A stretch of 64,000 bases of DNA from Octopus bimaculoides (taxonomy: Eukaryota): contig NC_068983.1 in the NCBI RefSeq assembly GCF_001194135.2, forward strand, positions 111,879,822-111,943,821. Reading direction: 5' to 3'. Shown piece after piece: positions 36,951 to 49,399 of this stretch. Under the pieces are notes generated by a model that did no database searches, was not told the DNA's origin, and worked only from the letters and a program-made list of their open reading frames with translations. The position numbers and the translations under genes were made by a program. The number at the start of each line of letters is the position of its first letter. Within the stretch, counting starts at the first letter, position 1.

Positions 36951-38262
36951 AAAGAGCATGAAAAGCAAATTTACCCATGGTGGTATTTGAACTCAGAGAG
37001 CAGAGAACCAGAATGACTACATCAAGGCTGACATTTTAATGACACTACTACTTCATCACTTTCATAATATGATATAAACAGCTTGGGGAAAATATTTAAA
37101 AATTAATCTATCTCTGACTTATCGTTATAGAATTTTCATATAGCCCTGGCATCCATCCTATAATTTGGTGCAGAGGTGGATGCTTACAATCTGGGGTCAA
37201 TCTCCTGATTTGCTTATAATGCATATTATTCTATCATGATAATTTTCATTGTCAATAACTACTGACAACAGAAATGTTAGTTTGTGTTGTTGAGGGTAAA
37301 ATTTCACAGTTTCCTCCCAGTATTTTCGACATCCTCAGTGAGAAACTTTCAAATTCGTCATTGGAACAGGATGACGTAAATGGATTAGTGTGCAGTATTT
37401 TCAGAAAACTGTGAATGTAGGAAAAAAAGATTTCAGTAACTAATTATTTTATAGTGAAAAGTTAAGTCAAATGTTACTACTATCAAGTTTTAATCAGCCC
37501 ACTATAAAGAACATACATGACAGCCAAATAGACAAACCAATAAAATAAAATTATATTAGGGTACAATCACGAAATATTGCATGATTTGATTGTCAGTAGG
37601 CATTTTTCTCTATTATCTAGACGTATCAGCATTTTAATTTCTAATTATCACGAGATTTGTCAAGATGAGAGCTTAAAGGCAGGAAATGAGCAAACATAAA
37701 AACAAAAATAAAATAATGAACATAGAGTGACTATTTATTATATATTTCTTGCGATTTAGCTGATAAATCACAATGGTAAAAAGTATCTATAATATTGAAG
37801 GAACAAGGAGAGTTTGACTGAACATGATCTGTCGAGGAATTGCCTACTATATGATTGCTATTCTGAGATCAAATTCCACTGAGTCAGTTTTGCTTTTCAC
37901 TCTTCTGTGATAGATTAAAGGATAGTACCTGTTGATTCTTATAATTGATTTATATTTTTATGATGCATCTCAGATGTGAAAGGAGTTATAATAGAAGACA
38001 ACAGACTGGATCTTTTTAATTTTCTTCTCACCATCAGAATTTTTCAAATTTTTAACATTGATGTAACTTAACATACTTGATGACAAAAAATCCCTTAGCA
38101 TACTCGATGACAAAAATCCCAAAAGAGCATGAAAAGCAAATTTACCCATGGTGGTATTTGAACTCAGAGAGCAGAGAACCAGAATGACAACATGAAGGCT
38201 GACATTTTAATGACTCTGCTACTTCATCACTTTCATAATATGGTATAAACAGTTTGGGGAAA
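36951..38262. repeat. Local direct duplication of about 140 bp (36951-37092 and 38122-38262)
   Basis: Near-identical AAAGAGCATGAAAAGCAAATTTACCCATGG...CATCACTTTCATAATATG..TAAACAG.TTGGGGAAA at both sites. Confidence 0.9.
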
Positions 38263-39576
38263 TTAAAAGCAAAACAAGGTTAAAAGCTTTTTGAAGTTAT
38301 GTAATTTTAGCCTCTATTTCTGACATACAGGAATTCGCAATTATCTGCTTCTCATTTGAAGGAAAGGCAACACTCATGACCTTTTTTAGGGAGCACTGTG
38401 GTAATAATGGAAAAGGAAGAAGAAACCACAACACATAAGATGCTGCTATAGGATGTAGTATATCGAGATAGTATTTTATCCTCTGACTGAGGGTCTGATC
38501 TGAATGACTACATCAAAGTAGACTGCACTAAAAGCACCAAATAGCCAGGTGGTCATTGACAGGGTGATAGATTATGTCAACCACTATAAAACAGGCTCAA
38601 TCTATCTGATGGGCTTATGCATTATTTTCATGCACCAAATTTTTCCTACCAAACTTGGAATAACTTGAAGTGAGATTTAAAATTTTAACAGCAGACCAGA
38701 TGATGATTTAAAAATGACAGACAATTCTTATTTTCTTTGGAATCATCATCATTGTTAAATTAATCTTATTGTTAAAGAGAATTAAGAGATGTCTTAATGC
38801 GGGCTCAATGTCACAACCTCCTGCCACAATAAGAGGCAAATTCATGGGAAACCAAATTCCAGACTTTTTATAAGCTTGCAAAAACAGCTTTGCAAATATT
38901 CTCAATTTTAGGTGAGAAAATGAAAAACTTATTTTTGACTGACAACGCCTAACAAAAATGGATCCAAAAAACGATGGCTATAAAAGGTGTCAACAGGTGT
39001 TTTAATAGAGTTCAGGGATGTAGTGTTGCTAGCTCTGCCAGCAATTTTGAGGAAGGGGTACAATGATACCATCATCCATAGTACTTGAATGGTACATTAA
39101 TTTAATGACCCAGACAAAATGAAAAGCAAAGTTAACCACTATTGAGTTTAACTCAGAGCATAAAGAGCCAAAACAGATAATGCAAAGTATTTTTTGCGAC
39201 ACTCTAATGGTTCATCCAGTGGACCACTTAATTGACTAGAAATAAATTTAGGTACAAAGTAACTAAAATATCTCTCCAAGAAAGGGAAAAATAAAGCAAT
39301 ATCTACTATAAGTTCAAATAATTACCAAAATCAAGTAGACAGTTTGACTCTGGTCTTTAAATAGGTATTACCGATCAGTGTCATACCAACACAAGTGTAC
39401 CCTGCTGATCTTGTTACCTCATAACTTCCAGAAAATGAATATTTTTGATGAAATTTTTGATAAAAAGGCTCCAGATGGTATGGATTCCAGTTATATCGGA
39501 ATTTGTTGTGAAAAAATTTTCCAAGGGAAAATTCACATGAGTATATTTGTGTATTTATGCCCAGTCAGTAACCACT

Positions 39577-39811
39577 TAAAGGCGGTGAGCTGGCAGAAAC
39601 GTTAGCATGCCGGGCAAAATGCTCAGCAGCATTTCGTCTGTCTTTACGTTCTGAGTTCAAATTCCACCGAGGTCGACTTTGCCTTTCATCCTTTCGGTGT
39701 TGATAAATTAAGTACTAGTTACGCACTGCGGTTGATGTAATCGACTTAATCCCTTTGTCTGTCCTTGTTTGTCCCCTCTATGTTTAGCCCCTTGTGGGCA
39801 ATAAAGAAATA
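39577..39811 (+). mobile_element. tRNA-headed SINE with Nin/Deu-like central domain and 10-bp TSD
   Basis: GGCGGTGAGCTGGCAGAA...GAGTTCAAATTCC...GACTTTGCCTTTCATCCTTTCGG..TTGATAAATTAAGTAC. AGTAACCACT lies at 39567-39576 and 39812-39821. Confidence 0.85.
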
Positions 39812-40976
39812 AGTAACCACTCAGCAGCTTCACTCCTGATTCACATTTTGAGTATAACAAAGCTGACAGCCAAATGTCAATATTTGACTAGCACTAATGA
39901 GTCAGCTTTGCATAATATTTAATCCTTTATTTTCTATCTCTTACACCATTTCCCTCTATCTAAGGCAACATCAACACACAGACATATATCCAAAATGTCA
40001 CACAGTGGGTTCCAACATGGGACTTCATGGATACGAAACCAACTTTTAAACTATTCAATCATGCTGCAGCCTTACTTTCTTTACATAACAACTCATTAAA
40101 AGAGAATAGTCAATAAAATGTGAACAATTAAAGTGAGAAGTCAACATACTTATTAGACGGTTACTAACCTTTTTAGGATTCACAAGTCATTGGCCTTTAT
40201 CATAGAAGCTAGAGGAATTTCTAATCAGCAATATACTATTAACCGGTGACTGACTGATCTGGTTGGCCCTTTATTGATGATAAAATATTAAGGATGTATT
40301 TCCCTTTTTTTTAATATCTCTTACTTACTGACTCGTGCTTCATATTATATTTTTTTTGTTGTTTTTACCTTTTAAATATGATTGTCTATTGTCGTTATAT
40401 AATTAAATTTAAACTTGTTTCACTTTCGTTTTCGATTTTGTAAACTGAGAACACATTAAATTTTGAAATGTATGAAAAATAAGCAACATTATGATAATAA
40501 ATGACATATAAGAAACAAAATACAAGGAAGTCAAGACGATTATTATAGTTAAAATATGAAAATTATGATAATAATGTCGTGAATTATGTAATATATAATC
40601 GATTTAGGTGTTGAATATAATGGCTTAAAGTGACACAAACTATTCATTTGCTGATTTATGGTTGTCGTTTTAGCCTATAAATATATTATGTGCTAGTGCT
40701 GAAAAGCAAGATAGAAGTATATAATGCTGATATAATATGCCATATTACTGTATATTTTTCTATATTTTATTTGCAATCTCTTGATATAAAAATATTTTAC
40801 AGGTGCCTGCCAAAAGTAGGACTAATCAGAGTTAGTGAAGTAGGTGGCCATTGCTTTGTCACTTACGTCGTAGCACATCTTTGGTTATCTGCATGTATCA
40901 CTAGAGTTTTTCATCATTTAGGATTAAAATTGAATGACTGTATATATATATATATATATATAAATATGAAACAGTC

Positions 40977-41360
40977 TGATATGGTTTCAGACGACTTAAA
41001 TTTTCGCAGGTCTCTAAGAGAAGCTCGTCTCTTTCAGGCTTTGGATTGCTGTATGGAGAGATATAGGAAGTCCAAGATTGCTACCAAAGATAGGCTGCTA
41101 TTTGTCAAGGTTGGTCACATGGTGTTGACAAGGGATATCACTTGTTCAGCGACAACAGTTCCTTTAGAAAGGGAAAGGAGCTGTCATTGCTGAGCAAGTG
41201 ATATTCTTTGTCAATGCCATGTGACCTGCCTTGACCAATAGCAGCCTGTCTTCCGTTAGCCATCTTGGACTTCCTGTATCTCTCCATACGACAATCCAAA
41301 TCCTGAAAGAGATGGGCTTCTCTTAGTTGCCTGCGAAGCTTTAAGTCATGCGTAACCATT
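40977..41360. repeat. Diverged fold-back palindrome with arms of about 185 bp and a loop of about 8 nt
   Basis: The two arms give mirror-image ORFs in the track (40690 + and 41138 -). The centre is CAGTTCCTTT-agaaaggg-AAAGGAGCTG. Confidence 0.9.
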
Positions 41361-43449
41361 TTAAATAATACATGCTATTCCTACGAAATGTGTTGAGTGC
41401 ACTTTCCTTTTGTTTGTCCAATCACACATGTATATATATATATATATATATNNNNNNNNNNNNNNNNNNNNNNNNNNNNNNNNNNNNNNNNNNNNNNNNN
41501 NNNNNNNNNNNNNNNNNNNNNNNNNNNNNNNNNNNNNNNNNNNNNNNNNNNNNNNNNNNNNNNNNNNNNNNNNNNNNNNNNNNNNNNNNNNNNNNNNNNN
41601 NNNNNNNNNNNNNNNNNNNNNNNNNNNNNNNNNNNNNNNNNNNNNNNNNNNNNNNNNNNNNNNNNNNNNNNNNNNNNNNNNNNNNNNNNNNNNNNNNNNN
41701 NNNNNNNNNNNNNNNNNNNNNNNNNNNNNNNNNNNNNNNNNNNNNNNNNNNNNNNNNNNNNNNNNNNNNNNNNNNNNNNNNNNNNNNNNNNNNNNNNNNN
41801 NNNNNNNNNNNNNNNNNNNNNNNNNNNNNNNNNNNNNNNNNNNNNNNNNNNNNNNNNNNNNNNNNNNNNNNNNNNNNNNNNNNNNNNNNNNNNNNNNNNN
41901 NNNNNNNNNNNNNNNNNNNNNNNNNNNNNNNNNNNNNNNNNNNNNNNNNNNNNNNNNNNNNNNNNNNTATATATATATATATATATATATATATGTAAGT
42001 ATGTATGTATGTATGTATGTATGTATATGTGTGGGTGTGGGTGGGTGTTTGTGTGTGTGTATGTGTGTGTGTGTGTGAGTGTGTGATCATGGATCATTAT
42101 GTGTGGTTGATTGCTACTGCTGTCCCAGCTCTTTACATAAAATGTAAAAAGAGTGAAACAATTATAGGAGTATTTACATAAAAAGTGAATAGTGTATATA
42201 TACTTCAGTAAAGTCTAAATTTTAAAACTCTGACAATACACCTAACAAAGCAAATATTGAAATACAAACCACAAAAACAAAACAAAGACAGAACATGCAA
42301 ATAAAGTATTGTCTATGTTCAGAGTTCATATATGCAAAATTCTGAGAAACACATACAAATACAGAAAGCAGCTCTTAGAAATGAATGTTACGAGAACAGT
42401 GAGTAATACAAATGCATAGATGGTGTATAATCGGTCAGAGATATGGCAGACCATGTAATATGAATGTCTATGTGAAATTGACTGCAAGGATATAAATGTC
42501 TGCTGCAAGGATATAAATGTGTTTGTGAACAAATGATGTTTTGCAGGGCAGGTGAATTTTCTTTGTCCCTTTTTAATATTAATAGAAACAAAGTAAAAAG
42601 TAAATATAAAAACATGCACAGATAAACTTTTCGACAGTCTCTTCTGTGAAGTTACGTGTGCAAAATTGTTTGGTTGCAATTCATTGTGCTGCCGGATTCT
42701 ACTGGGCTGTGAAAACTGTCTGTTCCATGTTATTCTGCTATTTCTGCTGAAGAAATTTTTCCACGCCCTTGATATTAAATATACTTACAATAAACTGTAA
42801 AATATAATCAGTGTTTGCTGTCTGTTGGGTGACACTCATCCATCTTGGATTATGATGCTTAGGTTATAGGTTGAAGATTGGCATATATAATGAAGGGTCT
42901 TCCTTCCTAGGAATGGTGTTAGTGCATTATTGGCAAAGGAAGCTGCCGATTTCCCACATTTAAGCAGCTAACTTGAAAGAACATTGTTGAATACACTGAA
43001 TGAACGATTTCTTGAAGTGCTTTGGTAATGAGAGTTTGAGTGCACAAAATAACAAGGCAAGTGCCATTGCATGTGTCTGTCAGAGGCTGAATTTTGTCTT
43101 CAATCGTCTAGTAAAAATTTGCCAGTTCATAGGAAATGGGATTGATGAAAGAAAGGGGGTAAGCTACTGCATTAGAAGTATTTGAACAGGAAATATCCAT
43201 AATATTATGTGAAGTCGTCATTTTTTAAATGGAAATTAGCTGGAATCACTCACATGAAAGGATATGAATAAAATTCGCTCCAAAATTATTCATTCGAGAG
43301 AAGAAAAGACTTTGCTCAGAGATGAAAGTTGGCTTTGTTACTTCTAGCAACGAAAGATACACCTAAGCCTTTTTAACATCATAGCTTAAAAAGATAGGGG
43401 TTGTGGTATTAAGAATTGTATGTGCAGAAATGTCTGCTGCCTTTGATCT

Positions 43450-45915
43450 TTCCTTGTTGGTTGTTGTAGATATGGTGACAAGTTAATGTTCACGTGATTG
43501 TGATGTCTGACTTTGACCAAAGTGCTTCATCCTTGGCATCCGCAACAAATGTAGCATGGTCATTCATGCTCAACATCCAATGAAGAAAATCTTCTTCAAA
43601 CTCATCACCTTCAAAGGCATCAACTCTAGCAATGTAGTGAAAGATTCTCGATTTTTTCCCAAGGACTTTGACTATGACAAAATTACCTTCAATGATACTC
43701 TAGTCATCTCCTCCAGAGTCATCAGTGTCATCATAAATTGTTTCCATCTCAGACTCACTTTCACCAGATGATGAACTGTCATCATATGGCATAATTTTGC
43801 TCTTGATTCTTGTGGTCTTTGTGAACAGAGATTTCTTTGCTGTGGCAGTGCATTTCTTGGCTTCATTGTTCCTTTCTCTGACTACTTTTGCTTCTGTAGT
43901 ATCATTTCTAAGTGGTGTGTCAATCAGTATTTTAACACAATCTTGCTTTCTGTTGGAAGCTTTCACCTTCCAGGGACTTGTTTAGGTAAAGGCTGTATAT
44001 CCCAGGGTGATGCATATGAAGATGATGGACCAGCATCCAAGGTTATAATACCAGACACAATGTTTACAATAGGGTTCCCTGCTGGGCCTGCAGGATTCGT
44101 CAGGGTTCATCAGGGTTCGTTGTGGATTCATCAGGGTTTGTGGATTCATCAGGGCTCATGGATTCATCAGGGTTCATTGCTGGGCCTGCTGTGTTTCCAT
44201 TTGGATCTGAACTTGCATGACATTCTGTCTGTGACATCTGCTGGTGCATAATCTCCATCTGAAAATATGTCTCTATTGAATGGCAGAATTCCTGTGCTCT
44301 GAAAACCAGCAAGAATATTGCATGGCACACATGCCAACACATGAGCTTTGTCCACTAAAAGAGGAACATCATAGATAGACACCATTTTGCCACGATTGGA
44401 TCACATCCACCCATCCATCACTCGTAAGTAGGCTCTTTTGTATGGTCCATACGTCACCTTGTCTAAAGGTTGAAATTTGTGGGATGTGTGTGTGGGTATT
44501 GATAACAGTACAATGCCATTTGCCTTAACCTTCTCAACTACTGCTTGTAAATATGATCTTCATGATTATCTAGAATGAGCAACACCTTTCAGTCTGGGGA
44601 GCAACGTGTTTGTTTCACAAAACGATCGAGGTACTTCACAAAAGTTTGTTTATTGATCCATCCTGATCTGGTGGTTGCTCAGTCAGAGCTCACTGGTGCT
44701 CCGTGTATGAAATGATTATGATAGTTTACGCAGAGAAAAATCAGAAAGGGCAGAAGCACTCCACCACCAGCTTTGATAGCATTAACAACAATCACCAATT
44801 CACCTCTTTCACCCAATGTGACTAAGCCAACTTCCTTGACGTCCCTTTCGGTGATGGAGGTTCCAAGCTTTTGTACAGTATGGCATCCTGTTTCATCAAG
44901 ATTGTATATATCCTGTACTTCAAATCTGTGTTGATCCATTACTTTGGCAAGGTTATTGTAAGACAGGCCCACAGTATGATGATTAAATGCAGTTGCTCAT
45001 GCTTATGAAATTGCCTCTGGGTTGGGAATAGAAAGGTTAAAGTGACTTTTGAAGCCCAACCAGAAACTTTCCCTTGCTTTTTTGTTTGCTTTCCAGTTAT
45101 CAGGAACATCAGTTCTGTTCCTCACAGCATATTCATATGATAAGCTTTGATATTTGCCTTTGGAAAGCCCATGATAGCTTGCTACTAATGTTTTTATGTG
45201 ATCTGCTAGATTGCTTTCCATTTCTGGAAGAAATGCCATATTCTTCAGTTGACAATTCTTATATCCACTTTCTCCTTGAGGATCAATTTTCTGTCTATCC
45301 ATAAAATGCTTGAGTGTCATTTGGTCTACATCAAATGCTCATGTGGCAGCCCAAACACCTTTCTCCTCTTGGATTGCTTTTGCTGCTCAATTAAGTAATA
45401 CCACATCACTCCCATGGTTCGATTTCCATTTGTAGATCTGTGGCATCGTCTGAAAAAAAATGTAAATAGTATCTTAATTTAGAGAAAAGAACAATTGAGC
45501 CACGGATCTAGTCTCTTAATGATCAATGGCTCATCTCTCCCCAAGTTGGCCATTTTGACATGTACTTTGACTCACTTCAAAGCAGTTGTATCAAATTCAA
45601 TCAAAATCTCCTCAACAAATCTACAATGCATAAGCGACATGTTGCCTACAATGCCACAAAAATAACTATTCCTAGATAAATGATAGAAAGGGCTTTACTT
45701 CTAATTCTAAAATCCACTTTCTTGAGCAATTTAGAGTTTTTCCTTCATCTCATGTCCACAGAGCTGTTATGCAACTATTTGCCTTAACTGAAAAGAAAGA
45801 TATGTGACACTCTACCAACAGAAGGCATTTGAGCTTTTTTTTCTGGAATGCAAGTGATAGTTCTAGGGGATGGATCAACTCTCCTTTTGGCTCAACTCAT
45901 CTGGATCTCCCCTAA
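43450..45915 (-). mobile_element. Decayed pogo-superfamily DNA transposon (CENP-B-type HTH, DDE_1, acidic C-terminus)
   Basis: Minus-strand remnants include ...NWKANKKARESFWLGFKSHFNLSIPNPEAIS, IYNLDETGCHTVQK...GERGELVIVVNAIKAGG, GFQSTGILPFNRDIFSD and ILIDTP...acidic tract. A 5' terminal motif GGGGAGATCCAGATGAGTTGAGCCA lies at about 45915. The 3' TIR was not found. Confidence 0.85.
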
Positions 45916-46261
45916 GTGAGCTTTTGAGAAGCATGTTTAATGAAAATATCAGGAGGCATTTTTATACAAAATATTTTAATTTATTAAAGGATATCGAGAG
46001 CTGACAAGTAGTATGAGAGTAGCTGTGTATGTGCATGAGTCAGAGAAAGATTTGAAAATATACTGCTCATGATGGGATCAGAATTGAGGGCTGATATAAT
46101 TCAGAGCTAGCAGTGCAAAGTTGGTGTGAAAAACAAAGAGGATGTTCCCATGCTGAAGAGGCAATATTGCTTGTCAGCTATTTTTCCACTAACTGGTTAA
46201 AACGTCCACCTCTCTTCTTGTGCAGAGAACTGCTTTTGGCATTAATACATGCCCAGCCCTG

Positions 46262-46285
46262 ATTGGTCGGAGTTGCCATAGCAAA
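46262..46285. promoter_or_regulatory. Possible CCAAT box plus RFX X-box-like site
   Basis: ATTGG at 46262-46266 and GTTGCCATAGCAAA at 46272-46285, one mismatch from GTTGCCATAGCAAC. This is a motif match only. Confidence 0.25.
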
Positions 46286-46392
46286 ACTGTGCTACAACGC
46301 GATAACAAAAATAGCTCTCTTGACTCGCTACAAGGTTTTGAATCACCACCACACACACACACACACACAACACACACACACACACACACAAT

Positions 46393-46432
<40 letters not shown>

Positions 46433-46529
46433 ACACACTTCACTGCATTAACCAGATAATTGGATGTTGTTATATGCCATTAGTCATAATGTGCTTTCTT
46501 GCATTGTTGTAGCTCTTAAATAATGTGGA

Positions 46530-46740
46530 CTCACCTATGGCATATAAGGGACTGAGTTATTGATATTTGACCCAAACGGGACACCAGTCCATCACAGGTT
46601 AGCTCATTTGCAGCTGTGTGGACTGGAGCAACATGAGGTGAAGTGTTTTGCACAAGAATACAATATATAATACCTCCCTGTTTTGACATTGAAACCATGA
46701 TCTTGGAATTGTGAGTGCAACACCTTAACCCGTAAGCCAC
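46530..46740 (-). mobile_element. Decayed tRNA-headed SINE related to 5806-6130
   Basis: GACTGGAGCAACATGAGGTGAAGTGTTTTGCACAAGAATACA and a reverse tRNA-like head ending TAAGCCAC. Confidence 0.6.
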
Positions 46741-47724
46741 ATGTTTTCACACATACATACGGCGTATATATTATTCAAATGATTGATATCGATTTGTTCA
46801 TTAAATATTTAAAAAAATAAGTAATCAACTGAGGCGTGTTTGCAATTAAAAATTCAATGAAATAGTTTATTTTTCTAATAAACAATGTTTCACAGACTTT
46901 TCTTATTCCTGACTTTTTCATGATTTTAGCTATTTTAGACTTAAGGATAAAATAAGGTTATATACACGTCATGTCCTTGGCTATGTGATTTAGGTGCTGT
47001 GGCTATGATTAAATGTGTATTGTTATGTTAGTATGATGCTAAGCTGCATGTTGTCCTATAATAAACTCATCTTCAAACCTTGTTTAACACTTATTTTTTA
47101 CAGAAGTATATCACAATATTTACATAATTATAGAGATGCTTATCAGTAATGTATTGTGCTAGAAGTAGAGAGAGGCAGGGAAAATATTCTGTTCTTCCTG
47201 GCTGACAATTCCTTTAACCCAAGGTTGAGCTGTGACCAAGTAATTTTCACTTCTTAAGTACTCTGATTTGTTTTGACTAAGAACTGGCTGGCTATTTATT
47301 TATGCGGTGAGAGATGAAGACATTGTGTTCATGGTACATGCTGAGAAAAGTACTTTGAAGATGAAGTAATTTTTTTTAAATGCAGGTTGAGCAGGGACCA
47401 AGAATCCTGCTTCCATCTAACTTCTCTGGAACTTTCTCTACCCTCTGTGCTGATTCTGGTGCACTTTTGCTTTATATTACCTCAATTCACAGGGAACATC
47501 TGGAGCATGATAGCACATTCTCTGATATGGGGTGATGTTTCTGCAAACTGATTGGTTAATATTCAGAGCACATCATCTGATCTAAGTGGGGTTTGATTCT
47601 AGTTAATAGAGCTCTAATTTTCAATTCTGGGCTTCCTGTCATGATAAAGTTACAATTAATACCTTAGTATCTTCAAACTTCAAATCAATTAATGTTAATT
47701 TTTCTATGTTTGAAAAGGTGACAA

Positions 47725-47935
47725 AGTGGCAGAATCGAAAGTATGCTGGGAAAAAATGAGTAGCAGTATTTCTTATGTATTTACATTCTGTGTTCAAATT
47801 CCATCAAAGTTGACTTAGCCTTTCATCTTATTGGGGTTGATAAACTAAGTACCAGTTGAGTACTGGGTCTATCTAATCAACTTACCCACTTCCTTGATGT
47901 TCCTGGTCTTGTGCCAAAATTTGAAACCAATAATT
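47725..47935 (+). mobile_element. Older Nin/Deu-domain SINE copy
   Basis: TGTGTTCAAATTCC...GACTTAGCCTTTCATCTTATTGGGGTTGATAAACTAAGTACCAG. Confidence 0.7.
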
Positions 47936-48232
47936 CTATGCTTAAAATGTTTATATTTAGAAATCTTTATAAGTGCTCATTTTTGAAGATGGATAAAATG
48001 TATGAGAATTACTAGAAAAATACCTAGTTCTCAAAAATGTAATGAGTCCAAATAAAATAAATAAAGATGTTTTGCAAAAACAGCTAAGTTATTAGTCCCA
48101 ATTATAAATTTTTGCTTTTAGTAATCAATATATTTCATCAGTAGAATGCCACCACTGGTGGAAAAATATATATATATAGCACACAAAGAATAGGTAGGCA
48201 TCATCGTCACCATTTTAATATCTCCTTTCCAT

Positions 48233-48445
48233 AAGGCAGTGAGCTGGCATAAACGTAAACACGTCGGGTGAAATGCTTAGCGGTATTTTGTCTGTCTTTA
48301 TATACTGAGTTCAAATTCTGCCGAGGTCAACTTTGCCTTTCATCCTTTCGGAGTCAATAAATTAAGTACCAGTTGCATACTGAGGTCGAGCTAATCCACT
48401 AGCCCCTCCCCCAAAATGTCTGGCCTTGTGCCTAAAGTAGAAAAG
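48233..48445 (+). mobile_element. Nin/Deu-domain SINE with a 16-bp TSD, inserted in a minus-strand RTE-type tail (about 48195-48570)
   Basis: AATATCTCCTTTCCAT at 48217-48232 and 48446-48461. Confidence 0.85.
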
Positions 48446-49099
48446 AATATCTCCTTTCCATGCTTACATTGGTTAGATGGAATATGTTAAGGCAGTTACT
48501 TTTTGATGGATGGATACCCTTCCTGTTGCTAGGAAGCACTTGTTTCCAAGCAAGATATTATTTTCTCAAGTGTGGACATGTTTTTACAGAAAACTGGAAA
48601 TGAAGAGCCCCACTTGAATGACAAGTGGTTCCCATTTACAACAATCACACAATGTCAAGGTAAGGAGATAGAAGCATATACATACATACGAACATACATA
48701 CATACATACATACATGCATACATACATGCATACATACATGCATACATACTTACATACATACATACATACAGAAGTTTATTATTCAGTATATATGTGCAAT
48801 GTGTATGTCTAAATATGCAATATATATATGAGAATACACATATAAAACAAAACAAATCTGCACATGCACTGAATCCCAAAACTGCACACATACACGCATA
48901 CATGCAAAAATACACTGTTGATGTTGTTGAAATTCCAATGAAGGAGCTTTGGATCAGGGTTAGAAGCTGATTCTTTCTCTATTGGAAGGAAATCTTGAAA
49001 TAAAACTGAATAATAGCCTGCATACATACATACATACATGCATACATACATACACACACACATACATACATACATACATACAAATGTAGATATGTGTGT

Positions 49100-49275
49100 G
49101 TATGGGTGTATGTGTCTACAATTGGTTTCTTTCAGTTTTCATCAGTGAAATCCATTAACATGGCTTTGGTTAGAAAGAGTTATAATAGAAGACACTTGTC
49201 CAAGGTGCCAAGCAGTTGGATTGAAACCATACCATGTGGTTGAAAAGCAAACTTCTTAAGCATATAGACATACCT
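49100..49275 (-). mobile_element. 5' half of the tRNA-headed (TG)n SINE
   Basis: GACACTTGTCCAAGGTGCC...TTGAAACC..ACCATGTGGTTG..AAGCAAACTTCTTA is the reverse complement of the 33113 family head. Confidence 0.65.
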
Positions 49276-49399
49276 ACATCAAAAGAAGATGCACTTCATC
49301 AAATGAAGTGGGGATCCATAGAATGAAAATATAAAATGTCAAGACAAGACAGCAATTGTCGAACTACAAACAGAACAACAGGAAATATATAAATGACAA

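Noticed and set aside
38708-38910. Protein-like short frames and a strong GT donor (TTTTAG|GTGAGA)
   Set aside because: The plus-strand frame has an in-frame stop and no convincing acceptor. It might be a hAT relic, but I cannot support either call.
42915-43160. Apparent acceptor and GGG|GTAAGC donor pair
   Set aside because: All three frames between them contain stops, and there is no recognisable homology.
44098-44180. Repeated CTGATGA on the minus strand as tandem hammerheads
   Set aside because: No GAAA or stems follow. It is a coding minisatellite within the pogo remnant.
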